In this document: piece after piece, positions 17,897-28,526 of the stretch
Numbering within the stretch: position 1 is the stretch's first letter
How the letters are laid out: the number at the start of each line of letters is the position of its first letter
Assembly: GCA_023264635.1 (NCBI GenBank)
Contig: JAHFLT010000001.1
Location: 35,307-99,306, forward strand
Direction: 5' to 3'
DNA length: 64,000 nucleotides
DNA from: Candidatus Woesearchaeota archaeon
GTDB taxonomy: Archaea; Nanobdellota; Nanobdellia; Woesearchaeales; JAGVYF01
Notes under the pieces: generated by a model
The model's database searches: none
What the model was told of the DNA's origin: nothing
Seen by the model: the letters and a program-made list of their open reading frames with translations, nothing else
Translations under genes and position numbers: made by a program

Positions 17897-19657
17897 ATGG
17901 CAAAGAAGCTAAATTTATGTCCATTTGTAATCGTGGCATTTTTTGTTTATATTGCCTTTGCATGGCAAGTTTCTTATCAACCACTAAAATATGATGAAAT
18001 CTGGTTCTTGGAGAGCGCGCATACCATAAACAGGTTTGGTATTCCTTTATATTATTGGGGAGAAGACACTTCATACAAGTATGAAAATAATGCTTCATCT
18101 TCTTTAGTTTCTGGGCTAGTACATCCGCCACTTTATCCTTATGCATTAACACTTTTTTATAACCTCTTTGGTTCAAAAACCCAAACATTGAGACTCTTTG
18201 GCATGGTTTTCAATCTAATTTCTGTTTTTTTATTGTACTCCATTGCTCTTTCTCTTTGGGGGAAAGAAAGAGGGAAAAGAATCTGGTACATTGCAGCGAT
18301 ACTTTATTTTATCAATCCAGCACAAATATACCATTCATTAAATTTGGCAGTTGATACGGGTCTCTATCCCCTTTTCATTAATCTTTTTATTGCTGTATTT
18401 GTATCACAAATATCAGAAAAAAAAAAAATAACTATTCTCAGCATTATTCTATGGCTTGGGTTACTATCAAAATACACAACAATCCTCTTCCTGCCTATCA
18501 CGATGTGCATTTTCTTTCTCATGAAAAAAGAATGGAAGAAGATATTCTCTTTTGTTTTGCCGATCACGGGAGTTGGCCTCATCCTATGGATTACAACTTT
18601 TTCATTGTATGCACTACTATTCAATCAATCCTGGCTGTTCGTCCTGAAATTTACTTTGTTGAGCAGAATAATAGAAGCCCCGCTCACTCTGACTCATGGA
18701 CTTTTTAACATGGTGAAAAGTATAGCTTATAACACTTTATTGTTGACACCCCCTTTTTTTCTTCTTCTGTGTATGACTTCAATTAATCGGTTGGCCGCAA
18801 TCATTAAAGAGAAACTTAGTCCATTTGACTATATTACACTATTTAGTACTCTTGTTTTATTGGCGTATTCTCTAAAAGCTCCCAATTTTTATTATATTTA
18901 TCCATTATTCATTAGTTGGTCATTGATTATCGCTCATTATCTCGAGCCATATGTGCAATTCTCATCGAGAAAACAAATATGCTGCGCTATGCTTTACATA
19001 TCCCTCCTAATTACCTTCTTCGGTTTCTTATTCGATGATCCTTTGCTTTTGCTTCCGCGTGTGCTGCCTCTTAATCACAATACAGGTAGTCTTCTTCTCT
19101 ATCTCATTATGTATGTCATGCTCGCAGTTTTGCCAGTAGTTGCTTTTTTTTTTACGAAAGCAAAAAAAAATGTGCAGTGGTTGTTTTTTATTGCAATTGT
19201 TGGAGTATCATTAGGCGTTATTGTCCAACACTATTTTGCAGACTATTCAACGATTAACATCTATGGAGAAAGGGGGTATGAACAAACAATAGGATTTATG
19301 AAAGAGAGAGTCAATAAAAGTGAGGTGATTATTGCACGGTGGGATATTGGCTACCTTATTGGTACAAAATTTTATAGCGACGATGAATTTACCACGAAAA
19401 ACCTATGCGGCATTGATAACAAACAAACGAGGCGGCATACAAGCACTTGCGGGATTCTTAATGTCACATACCACCTAAACCAAAAAGAAATACTCTCTTA
19501 TGATAATGTTACGTATATAGTCCATTCAAAATTTTTTAGAGAACTTGATGGTGGGATTGAGCCGGAATTACAGAAAATAATTGATAGTGAGTATCAAAAA
19601 GAAGCTGTCTTTGGAGACTTTACTCTCTTTAAGAAAAGGCAAGAAAAGAATAGTTAG
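17897..19657 (+). CDS. GT-C fold membrane glycosyltransferase (ArnT/PMT-like)
   Basis: YDE loop motif, HPPLY, many TM helices. Confidence 0.8.
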   Translation: MAKKLNLCPFVIVAFFVYIAFAWQVSYQPLKYDEIWFLESAHTINRFGIPLYYWGEDTSYKYENNASSSLVSGLVHPPLYPYALTLFYNLFGSKTQTLRLFGMVFNLISVFLLYSIALSLWGKERGKRIWYIAAILYFINPAQIYHSLNLAVDTGLYPLFINLFIAVFVSQISEKKKITILSIILWLGLLSKYTTILFLPITMCIFFLMKKEWKKIFSFVLPITGVGLILWITTFSLYALLFNQSWLFVLKFTLLSRIIEAPLTLTHGLFNMVKSIAYNTLLLTPPFFLLLCMTSINRLAAIIKEKLSPFDYITLFSTLVLLAYSLKAPNFYYIYPLFISWSLIIAHYLEPYVQFSSRKQICCAMLYISLLITFFGFLFDDPLLLLPRVLPLNHNTGSLLLYLIMYVMLAVLPVVAFFFTKAKKNVQWLFFIAIVGVSLGVIVQHYFADYSTINIYGERGYEQTIGFMKERVNKSEVIIARWDIGYLIGTKFYSDDEFTTKNLCGIDNKQTRRHTSTCGILNVTYHLNQKEILSYDNVTYIVHSKFFRELDGGIEPELQKIIDSEYQKEAVFGDFTLFKKRQEKNS

Positions 19658-19679
19658 GATATGGCTAGAGCTACTGTGT

Positions 19680-21182
19680 TCATGCAGCATTTTTGGTATA
19701 CTTCGATGTTATTTTTATCATCCTTAGTGTATTCAGGGGATATTTCAAAAAAACCATTACGTTTTGTAGAAGTTTTATTGGATCCTGTATCATCTGCAGT
19801 ACATACAGAGCCCTGACTCTTTTGTAAAAGGTAATTGAAAGAATTTTTAGATCTTCTGGAGTAAAATGTTCTGTCCTTAAAGCGCTCATGCCAAATATTC
19901 TGCCTTTGGTGTATTCTTCATCAACGAGATATCCTTTTGCTTTTGCTAGAGCATACATTTCCGTCCCAATAAGTGGCATTGCGAAATTTACGTGTGGTTT
20001 TACAAAGTATTCTTTCATCATCTTATAGGCAAAGTTCAACGTTTCTTGTATGTTTTCCTTAGTTTCCCCAGGAAAACCAATAATGTAAAATGCACTAAGT
20101 GGAATCTTCAATTCTTTACAGTTTCTTGCAGTCTCAATTACTTTATCTAGTTTAAGCCTCTTCTTGATGACTGTATTCAGGAATTCTTCATTGCCTGATT
20201 CAATGGCAATTCTAAGATGTTTCAAACCTGTGCGTTTTGCTTTCTCAAGAAGACTAAAATTAAGAGCATCTGCACGAACGCCATTTGGTGTATCCCAGCC
20301 AAACGTGAGGTTTTTCTTCAAAACAAGATCAAGAATTTTCTCAAACCTGGGTTGATTAAGGGTCAAATTGTCATCTTCAAAATGGATAAAATCAACATCG
20401 TATTTTTTGATGAGAAGTTCTATATGGGCAACAACATATTCTGGAGAATGATATCTATACTTGTAACCCATTGTTGGGTGTATGGAACAGAATATACACT
20501 CATAAGGACAACCCCTACTTGTTATCATTGTCACTTCTTTCATAGGCTCGTAAAAAACATCATAATATCGAGATCCCCTTCCCGACCTTGCGAGTTCAAA
20601 ATATCTTTTTATATCAACAAGGTGATATGCTGGATATGGTAATGCATCCAAATTCTGTATGTATTCCGAAGGAGTAATTTTTACTTTTCCCTCGTGTATG
20701 TAAGCAACGCCTTTCAGATCACTGAATTTTATCTTCCCCTCATAGAAATCAATGATGTTCGCCAATGTAATTTCACCTTCTCCAACACAGACCATATCTA
20801 TACCGGATGAAGATACCAGGAAATCTTCAGGTTTAGCTGTAGCATGCGGTCCACCAACAATTATTTTCGCTCGAGGGTATCTAGCTTTTATGTATTCTGT
20901 GATACGAAGAGCCCGTTCCATTTGAGTAGAAAATAAATTTGTTACTCCAACGATGTCTGGTTCACACTCTTCGATTACTTTACCGATCGTATCAAATGAT
21001 GCACCAAAATGAGCTATGTTTTCAGTTTTATCGGGATAAAGCAGTGAATCAAAAATTTTAACATCGTGCCCCTTTTTCTCTAGATATGCAGCTATGCTAA
21101 GTGTTCCGAGTGGTATCCCAACCGCTGTATGGGGAAGAGAGTCCATATCCAATTGAGGTGGTCGCAATAAAAGTACTTTCAT
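19680..21182 (-). CDS. B12-binding-domain radical SAM protein
   Basis: PLG..IAAYL, GGPHAT, SRGCPYECIFC, FEDDN. Confidence 0.92.
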   Translation of the reverse strand: MKVLLLRPPQLDMDSLPHTAVGIPLGTLSIAAYLEKKGHDVKIFDSLLYPDKTENIAHFGASFDTIGKVIEECEPDIVGVTNLFSTQMERALRITEYIKARYPRAKIIVGGPHATAKPEDFLVSSSGIDMVCVGEGEITLANIIDFYEGKIKFSDLKGVAYIHEGKVKITPSEYIQNLDALPYPAYHLVDIKRYFELARSGRGSRYYDVFYEPMKEVTMITSRGCPYECIFCSIHPTMGYKYRYHSPEYVVAHIELLIKKYDVDFIHFEDDNLTLNQPRFEKILDLVLKKNLTFGWDTPNGVRADALNFSLLEKAKRTGLKHLRIAIESGNEEFLNTVIKKRLKLDKVIETARNCKELKIPLSAFYIIGFPGETKENIQETLNFAYKMMKEYFVKPHVNFAMPLIGTEMYALAKAKGYLVDEEYTKGRIFGMSALRTEHFTPEDLKILSITFYKRVRALYVLQMIQDPIKLLQNVMVFLKYPLNTLRMIKITSKYTKNAA

Positions 21183-21267
21183 TTTTTCAATACAAATAAT
21201 ATATGAAGAGAAGATAAAAAGGTGTGTATATAAATTTTTTGTGATTGATGAAATCTAACGGTGAAAG

Positions 21268-21360
21268 TATAGCAAGCTCATGAAATATTGAACCTGTCAA
21301 ATAGTAAACTTGCTATATAGCAAATTCACAAAAATTGTTTCACTGTTTGGTGGATTGTTC
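21268..21360. repeat. Composite of two back-to-back ~50-bp palindromic units, copy 2 (inverted)
   Basis: TATAGCAAG..CTTGCTATA (21268-21317) matches the reverse complement of 13132-13181 at 41/50; followed by TATAGCAAATTCAC..GTGGATT. Confidence 0.75.
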
Positions 21361-21363
21361 TGT

Positions 21364-23946
21364 CTATTGTACCATCTTCTTTATTACTATTCTAGCTGCG
21401 AGAGACCCTAGCACAATTCCTACTACCAACACAAAAAGGATTATCCAATCACTTGTTGTCAATGCGATGAGTTTAAAATAAGTAGAGAGTGATGTGTACA
21501 AGAGCAAATATTGTAGTAAGACAGCAGCCCCGACCGCCATCAACAGCCACATATTAACAAAGAGAGGAGTAGCATACTCACGCCTAACCATGAACAAGCG
21601 CACAAACTCTCCAAGGATAATCCCCGTGAATGCCATTGTCTGCGCATGCCGAAGGCCATTTGGCAAGTCAATGACAAAGACAGCAAGCGTGCCCAAGCCA
21701 ATAATAAGTCCAACAACAATTAATTCCAGCAGCAAAGGCTTTGGCAATAATGCCTCATGGGGACTGCGTGGTGGCCGTTGCATTACACCCGGACTTGCAG
21801 GATCTACAGCTACAGCCAACGCAGGTAATCCATCCGTTACTAGATTTATCCACAGAAGCTGCACAGCTGTCACCGGCAATGGCAGCCTGGTCAAAGATGC
21901 CACAAAGACCAGTACCACCTCCCCAAAATTACATGATAAGAGAGTATCGATGAATTTTTTGATATTATCATAAATCCGTCTCCCTTCTTGCACTGCATTC
22001 ACAATTGTACTGAAGTTATCATCTGTCAGCACAATGCCAGATGCCTGCTTTGCCACTTCGGTGCCGCGCATGCCCATTGCAATCCCTATATCTGCTTTCT
22101 TAAGTGCTGGTGCATCATTCACCCCATCACCAGTCATAGCCACGATATGGCCAATAGCCTGCAGTGCACTTACAATCCTGATTTTATGGTGAGGCGTGGC
22201 ACGAGCATAAACAGTCACATGACCTGCATGTTTGCGCAATTCTTTATCAGACATTGCCTCAAGCTCTTCTCCAGAAACTGCCTCTCCCGCCATATCCAAG
22301 TCATTAGCTATAGCGGTAGCGGTTGTCTTATTATCGCCAGTTATCATAACAACTTTGATTCCCGCTTGCTTGCAGAGTGCGATAGCTTCCTTTACGCCTT
22401 CCCGCGGTGGATCCATCATCCCCTGTAACCCAACAAAGATAAGGTCATTTTCTATGATTTTGCTAGTCATTGGTTTGTAAGCAAAAGCAAGAACTCGAAG
22501 CGCATGGCTTGCCATGGTATTTTCATGCTGTACCACTTTTGCTTTTATGTTCTTTGTCAACGGCATTACCTTTCCATTCCCAACATAACGGCTACACTTC
22601 GCCAAAACAGCATCGACAGAACCCTTGGTATATGCCTCTGTCCCATGCTTCGTTTGATGAACAGTCGTCATCATGGCTCGTGTAGAAGTAAATGACACAA
22701 CATTCGTTCTCTTATAATCATGAGCAAGTTTCTTTGTTCCTAATCCTCCTTTTGTTGCGCTGACGAGCAATGCAACTTCAGTTGGATCACCAATCATTTC
22801 CCCATTTGCTATTGTCGCATCGTTGCACAAAGCTCCAATACGCAATAATAATTCAATATCTGGATGATTACCTTTCTCTGTGAAACCTGCAGCGGTAAGA
22901 TGTACGACTACATCGTCTACGGACAATTGTACAACAGTCATCTCATTCTTTGTCAGCGTTCCGGTCTTATCAGAGCATATAGCAGTACATGAGCCAAGCG
23001 CTTCCACTGCAGGCAACCTCCTAACAAGTGCTTTTTGCTGCATCATCCTAAATATGCCTGTTGCAAGTGCAATTGTGACAACAGCCGGCAACCCTTCAGG
23101 TATGGCTGCAACAGCCAGACTCAAAGATTCGAGAAATGCATCAATTACGCGCAAACCATCCAGCATTTCTGTCACAAATATGACTCCACACAGAAGCAGA
23201 ATTCCCTTGCCAAGCAGTTTCCCAAAATGCTCCAGTCGTTTCTGCAGTGGCGTCTGCTCTATTACTACTGTCTCAAGCATTTTGGATATCTTTCCCAGTT
23301 CAGTTATCAACCCCGTTGCAATCACCACGCCAGTTGCTGAGCCACGCGTCACAAGAGTCCCGGAAAATGCCATATTTTTCTGAGCAGTAACAAGCGCACC
23401 ACTGTTTACTCCTAAGGTCATTTTGCTGATGGGTGCTGACTCCCCGGTCAGCAATGCTTCACTCACTTGGAGGTCATAAACTTCAATTAGTCGCATATCT
23501 GCTGCAATGCTATCCCCTTCTGCCAATACAACAATGTCCCCAGGCACCAGCTCGAGAGAAGATATTGTATGTTTACTACCATTGCGGACAACAACTGCGC
23601 TCGGTGTCAATAACTTTTCAAGCGCTTCCAGAGAGCGTTCTGCTTTGTATTCCTGAAAGAATCCAAAAATTGCATTGAAGATAACGATAAGCAGAATCAG
23701 CAATGCGTCAAAGCGTTCTCCAACAAAAAAAGAGATTATTGCTGCACCAATGAGAATAAGCACTAGGGGGTCAGTGAATTGGTCAAGGAACAGCATCCAT
23801 GAGCTTGCCTGTTTGCGTTTGGGGAGTGCATTAGGTCCATAAGTACCTAGTCTTGATGTGGCTTCTTTTTCTGTCAAACCGTCTTTTTTTGTCTTCAAGG
23901 CAGCAAGCACCGCCTTGGGAGACATTGTGTAGTACTCCATATGCAC
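21364..23946 (-). CDS. Cation-transporting P-type ATPase (P2A, Ca2+-like)
   Basis: TGES, PEGL, DKTGTLT, GDGVND, WINLVTD. Confidence 0.95.
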   Translation of the reverse strand: MHMEYYTMSPKAVLAALKTKKDGLTEKEATSRLGTYGPNALPKRKQASSWMLFLDQFTDPLVLILIGAAIISFFVGERFDALLILLIVIFNAIFGFFQEYKAERSLEALEKLLTPSAVVVRNGSKHTISSLELVPGDIVVLAEGDSIAADMRLIEVYDLQVSEALLTGESAPISKMTLGVNSGALVTAQKNMAFSGTLVTRGSATGVVIATGLITELGKISKMLETVVIEQTPLQKRLEHFGKLLGKGILLLCGVIFVTEMLDGLRVIDAFLESLSLAVAAIPEGLPAVVTIALATGIFRMMQQKALVRRLPAVEALGSCTAICSDKTGTLTKNEMTVVQLSVDDVVVHLTAAGFTEKGNHPDIELLLRIGALCNDATIANGEMIGDPTEVALLVSATKGGLGTKKLAHDYKRTNVVSFTSTRAMMTTVHQTKHGTEAYTKGSVDAVLAKCSRYVGNGKVMPLTKNIKAKVVQHENTMASHALRVLAFAYKPMTSKIIENDLIFVGLQGMMDPPREGVKEAIALCKQAGIKVVMITGDNKTTATAIANDLDMAGEAVSGEELEAMSDKELRKHAGHVTVYARATPHHKIRIVSALQAIGHIVAMTGDGVNDAPALKKADIGIAMGMRGTEVAKQASGIVLTDDNFSTIVNAVQEGRRIYDNIKKFIDTLLSCNFGEVVLVFVASLTRLPLPVTAVQLLWINLVTDGLPALAVAVDPASPGVMQRPPRSPHEALLPKPLLLELIVVGLIIGLGTLAVFVIDLPNGLRHAQTMAFTGIILGEFVRLFMVRREYATPLFVNMWLLMAVGAAVLLQYLLLYTSLSTYFKLIALTTSDWIILFVLVVGIVLGSLAARIVIKKMVQ

Positions 23947-24104
23947 TCTTATTCCCTACTCATTCCCATTCTCCATTATGTCTCTTCCGCTATTATATTT
24001 TCCAGGGGATAGTATTTTATCTCTTACTATGAAAACACCTATTTGAATGTTATGCCCAATATAGCATATTTTTTTAAAGCTGCAGAATAATATAATTCCC
24101 TTAT

Positions 24105-26561
24105 ATGATTCCTGTGAAGGTAATGGATTATAAGGTTCCGGTAGAAAAGTTACGTATAGAGGTCGACAAACAAGAATTCGGACTTAAAGGCCAGACGACC
24201 AGCGTACTACCAGTACCGAAAGGACTGGAAGTTGTGGTAGGTAATGAAGAAGCAATCAGCACAGTCCTCAGAGGATTAGAGGACAAAAGTCCGACAACAA
24301 ACATCATTATCACCGGAGATCCTGGCGTGGGAAAAAGCCTTTTGACGAATATACTTCTGGAAGATTATTGTAAAAAGCAGCCGAACGATCATCTGACAGA
24401 TAAAGTCGTGTTCTATAATTTCAAGCACGAGAAACAACCGATTATTGCGGAATTGCCGAAGGGGACTGCTTATCAGTTTGCAAAATCAGTAGATGATACG
24501 TTGTCGCAACTGGTAATTGAAGCAATGACTATTGGGCAGAATTACATGATAAAAAAGAACGTAAGCCAAGTCAAGTATAGGATTATGGAGAAGAAAGTTA
24601 TCGATGACCTTGAGAAGAAGTACAAAATTCCAAAGAAACCAATACTGGATAAAAATAATCAGCAGAGAGTAGACAAAAACGGTCAGCCACTCTCAGAGTA
24701 TGATCCAAAAACCCAACAGGATTGTGATAACCTTGTGCAAATGCTGCATGATTTGTCGATTGTACAATCCACCAACGATACTGCTTGCAAGAAAGAGTCA
24801 CGAACATTAACATCCCAAAAAAAGAAAGAGTTTGGCAGCTGTATGGGAAAAGCATTAAAAGAACTCCATACAGCATATGGACAGAACCTTCTCATTAAAG
24901 AGTACCTGGATGATTTCGTAATCAACGCAAAAGAGGATTTTGACCTATTTTTGGGGGAGGGACTAAGTAAAGATGCCCCACAAAATGATTACGGAATAGA
25001 AAAATACCGTGTCAATGTTGTCGTGGACCATACGCATACAATAGGCATTCCTTACGCAAAGATAGAGCGTCCTGATGAGCGAACATTACTCGGAGAAATA
25101 AAGGGAGACAACCTTAACGAGGAAAGCAAACCACCACAGTTCTGTGTGGATATAGGAAAAATGATAGAATGCGATGGAGGCATTGTTTTTCTTGATGAAA
25201 AATTCACAGGCATATTTCGGCATGGGCTGGGGCTTGAGCAGAGACTCCTGACTATTTTGGAAGAACGAAAGGCACGCGTGAGTGGAAACCAGAATTACTT
25301 ACTTCCAACACAGCAGATAGAGACTAGTGAAGTCAGCGCACAGACGAAGATTGTGGCATGCATGAACTTACCAGATTACTATATTTGCCAAGATTATTTT
25401 CCCCAGTTAATGGAGCGTTTTGCATACAAAGCGCATTTCCAGAGCAGGATGGAGAACAACGTAAAGCACAGAAAACAGGTTGTATCCTTTGTTGCCACCG
25501 AAATAAGGGCACACAACGAAAATGAAAAAATAAAGGTTCCACATTTTTCTGAAGATGGCTTAGCTGCACTGCTTGAGCATATGTCTCGTCAGGAGAATCA
25601 GCATTATTTGACAACACGACTGCGCACAATAAGACAGCTCCTTTTCTCTGCAGCAGAGCTTGCACGGCAAGAGAATAAGCCTGCTATTGAACGTCAGCAT
25701 GTGCTTGCTGCACGGGAGCTGCAAAACAAAGGATGCACATTGTATAAAATAGAGCAAGATATACTAGCAGGATTCGGCGTTGATGGGAGAGTACTACTGC
25801 TTACAACTGGTGAGAAAACCGGTCAAATAAACGGACTACTCTATTACAGCATCAACGCAGAAAACTATGCATTTGGCAGCTCGCAAAGGTACCGTTTTGT
25901 AATCAAACCAGGCTATTATGGCAGGGGATTGAAATTCACCGACATAGAGAAAGCATCTGACTTAACCGGACCAACTCATAACAAAGGAGTAGAACTGTTA
26001 AAATCATTCTACAACAACCTAACTAATGAGCTGCGTGAACGGAAGATGATTTCAGGTTTAGCACCTGGATTAGAGGTTGACATGTCAGTACCAGAAAGTT
26101 GGAGCGGGAGGGATGGACCTTCTGCGACAGCTGCACAAGCATATGCATTCTTATCTGAACTAACTGGAATCCCCATAAAGCAGGGAATTGCTGTTACTGG
26201 TGCAATGGGTCCTGATGGTGAAGTGACTCTTGTTGGAGGCTTAAATGAAAAGATAGAAGGCTGGTACAAGATTCTGGCAAAGAGAGGCCATCTTGGGAAA
26301 GAGGCTGGTGTAATGATTCCGGCTGCCAACATACTGGAGTGTAATCTTTCTGATGACTGTATCAAGGCAGTGAAGAAGGGGGAATTCTCAGTCTATTATC
26401 ACAAGGATATTAGAACTGGTGTTGAAGTAATACTGGGTAAGAGTTGGGATGACGTGCTACAGGGTATCAAGAATACGTTCGACAAGTGGGAGAAAATGCT
26501 GGAAGAAGATGAAGTGAAACGTGCTAAAAGGAAAAAGGAGATAAAAGCAGCATTACCGTAA
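24105..26561 (+). CDS. Soluble Lon-family (S16) protease, paralog 2
   Basis: Walker A GDPGVGKS, FLDE, DGPSA Ser and NEKIEG Lys; helical insertion; no TM. Confidence 0.88.
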   Translation: MIPVKVMDYKVPVEKLRIEVDKQEFGLKGQTTSVLPVPKGLEVVVGNEEAISTVLRGLEDKSPTTNIIITGDPGVGKSLLTNILLEDYCKKQPNDHLTDKVVFYNFKHEKQPIIAELPKGTAYQFAKSVDDTLSQLVIEAMTIGQNYMIKKNVSQVKYRIMEKKVIDDLEKKYKIPKKPILDKNNQQRVDKNGQPLSEYDPKTQQDCDNLVQMLHDLSIVQSTNDTACKKESRTLTSQKKKEFGSCMGKALKELHTAYGQNLLIKEYLDDFVINAKEDFDLFLGEGLSKDAPQNDYGIEKYRVNVVVDHTHTIGIPYAKIERPDERTLLGEIKGDNLNEESKPPQFCVDIGKMIECDGGIVFLDEKFTGIFRHGLGLEQRLLTILEERKARVSGNQNYLLPTQQIETSEVSAQTKIVACMNLPDYYICQDYFPQLMERFAYKAHFQSRMENNVKHRKQVVSFVATEIRAHNENEKIKVPHFSEDGLAALLEHMSRQENQHYLTTRLRTIRQLLFSAAELARQENKPAIERQHVLAARELQNKGCTLYKIEQDILAGFGVDGRVLLLTTGEKTGQINGLLYYSINAENYAFGSSQRYRFVIKPGYYGRGLKFTDIEKASDLTGPTHNKGVELLKSFYNNLTNELRERKMISGLAPGLEVDMSVPESWSGRDGPSATAAQAYAFLSELTGIPIKQGIAVTGAMGPDGEVTLVGGLNEKIEGWYKILAKRGHLGKEAGVMIPAANILECNLSDDCIKAVKKGEFSVYYHKDIRTGVEVILGKSWDDVLQGIKNTFDKWEKMLEEDEVKRAKRKKEIKAALP

Positions 26562-26753
26562 TGATTCTTTGCGTAGAAGGAAATGATACCCTGCGAAATA
26601 ATCATCATCTTCCCATTCCTGTGCATGTTCAGCATATACAGAATTTTCCATTTCCAGACGGGCAAAACAAATTGAGCATAAGAACATCAAGCTTTCCTCA
26701 AATGCAACTTCTTGGATCGCCTGCCTGCGGCGGCAAACCTGGCAGTTACGCAT
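26553..26753 (-). CDS. Small CxxC..CxxC protein
   Basis: MRNCQVC..LCSIC; the longer ORF-track start lies in the IS end. Confidence 0.45.
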   Translation of the reverse strand: MRNCQVCRRRQAIQEVAFEESLMFLCSICFARLEMENSVYAEHAQEWEDDDYFAGYHFLLRKESLR

Positions 26754-26798
26754 TTTTCTTACTAGTGGAATGTTGCTTTTAAGGTTTTCTACAGCTTT

Positions 26799-27981
26799 GG
26801 CTCCATCCAAAAATAGATTAACTTCCGAGTTCTAAGTAAAATAAAATGGGCAAGCCGAATATTCGGCTCAACCCACAAGTAGAATCGGTTCGTAACCGAA
26901 TTCTGCTCAATAAGGCCACTGAGATTCTTCTCTCTTGCGCCTTGTTGCTTCCCGAACCTTCTCACGTGGGTAAGGGAAGAATACCATACGATTACCGCGT
27001 CGTATTGGTATTATGTATACTCCGTATCCTGCTCCGCAAGAGTTATGCGGACTATGAAACGGAGATGCGGTCAGATAAGAGGTTGCATGAGATGTTAAAA
27101 ATTGACAAGCTACCATGTAAAAGCACCGTCAATAATTATGCATCTCAATTTACGTTGACCTTCTTATCCGAGTTCAACAAGAAGCTTATAGACAACTGGA
27201 TTAAAAAACCTGTCGATTTGCTTCTTGATGCTTCAGGCATTAGGCTAGTGGGCAGAAGCATCTGGTTCTGCCTCAAAACCAGACAAAAGATTCAGAAGAA
27301 AGACTGCGATAAAATACACATAGCAGTAAGTTTATGCAGCTTACTTATAGTTAACTTCAGAATCTCTAATTCTAATAGGAATGACTCACCATTCCTCAGA
27401 AAACTTCTTAGGCCATTTAGTTCTTTGGGTTTATTTCTCGTCGATAAAGGTTACAGCAACGAAACAAATGCCAATTTTGTGGCAAATAAAAAAGGTGCAT
27501 TCTTTTCACCATTTAAGGTGAATGCAAGACCTTCGGCATTTAGTCTTTGGAAAAAACTATACACACTATGGGAAACCTTCCATAGTCTTTGTGAAGGGAT
27601 TTATCACCAAAGATCCAAAGTGGAAGCTGTTTTTTCCGCATTGAAAAATAGGTATGAAGACCAGCTTTACTCGACGAGATGGTACATGATGAGACGGGAA
27701 ATGGCAATGCGGTTTATTGCCTATAACGTGAGAATTATTGTGGGAATACAAATAGCAAGAGAGAAGAACATACCTTTGTGGGTTAGAGCCTAAAAAAACG
27801 GTTTCTGCCAAGAAAACGTCATAGCGATAGCTCTATTCATTTTGCCGTTACTGGCGCCGTACAGGCAGGAATTGTCCCTTCGGAAATGCTTGCGAGACTT
27901 TTCTACCAGAAAATCCATCGATTACCTATTGCAACGGCAAAACCTTTAACGAAGGTTAGAACTCATTTTCTGGATGGAGCC
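26799..27981 (+). mobile_element. Insertion sequence, IS5 family (IS903-like), 1183 bp
   Basis: TIRs GGCTCCATCCAAAAA / TTTTCTGGATGGAGCC; 9-bp TSD TACAGCTTT at 26790-26798 and 27982-27990; single DDE transposase. Confidence 0.93.
26846..27793 (+). CDS. DDE transposase
   Basis: LLLDASG, LVDKGY, YHQRSKVEAVFSALK (YREK-like). Confidence 0.93.
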   Translation: MGKPNIRLNPQVESVRNRILLNKATEILLSCALLLPEPSHVGKGRIPYDYRVVLVLCILRILLRKSYADYETEMRSDKRLHEMLKIDKLPCKSTVNNYASQFTLTFLSEFNKKLIDNWIKKPVDLLLDASGIRLVGRSIWFCLKTRQKIQKKDCDKIHIAVSLCSLLIVNFRISNSNRNDSPFLRKLLRPFSSLGLFLVDKGYSNETNANFVANKKGAFFSPFKVNARPSAFSLWKKLYTLWETFHSLCEGIYHQRSKVEAVFSALKNRYEDQLYSTRWYMMRREMAMRFIAYNVRIIVGIQIAREKNIPLWVRA

Positions 27982-28132
27982 TACAGCTTTTTTGTGGGTT
28001 TGCCTTCAGTTCGTTCCGCTTGCAACGGTGAACCCCGGAAAAGACTGAACCGACGTTCTCTGTGTTGAACACAGATGCTTTTTCTTATACCCTCATGAGG
28101 CGTAGACTCCTTCGTTTTTTCCCATACCGAAG

Positions 28133-28396
28133 TTACTTCAGCAAACTCTCAACGCTCTTTCCATCAATCTCATTGAAGTATTTTCGTCCCAAAATCTCAT
28201 AATATACCTCAGGAATTCCGTTGTTGTTGAGATCTTTTCGTTGCAGGACATACCCATATTTTGCTCTCTCTTTCTCTTCCTCATCTTTGGAAAAGAGACG
28301 CTGGTTTTCTAAGTGGACAAGAGATATAAGAATTCCACCCGCTAATGTAAAACCCGCTAAAACATACATTCCTTCAGACACGTTCATAATTATCAC
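28133..28396 (-). CDS. Small membrane-anchored hypothetical protein
   Basis: N-terminal TM, DLNNNGIPE loop. Confidence 0.6.
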   Translation of the reverse strand: MIIMNVSEGMYVLAGFTLAGGILISLVHLENQRLFSKDEEEKERAKYGYVLQRKDLNNNGIPEVYYEILGRKYFNEIDGKSVESLLK

Positions 28397-28526
28397 CTTT
28401 TCTATTTCAATTCTTCAATTTCCCGGAATCAAAACTGCAACGAAGTCGTAGTGATTCTCTCATTTTTTTCACAGGTTTTTTTTCGTTGAGTCAAGCCAAT
28501 GGCGAAGACAAAACCAAAAAAAAAGC

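Noticed and set aside
26754..28125. IS interrupting a longer gene
   Set aside because: The reconstructed empty site has an in-frame stop six codons upstream of the TSD, so the insertion looks intergenic
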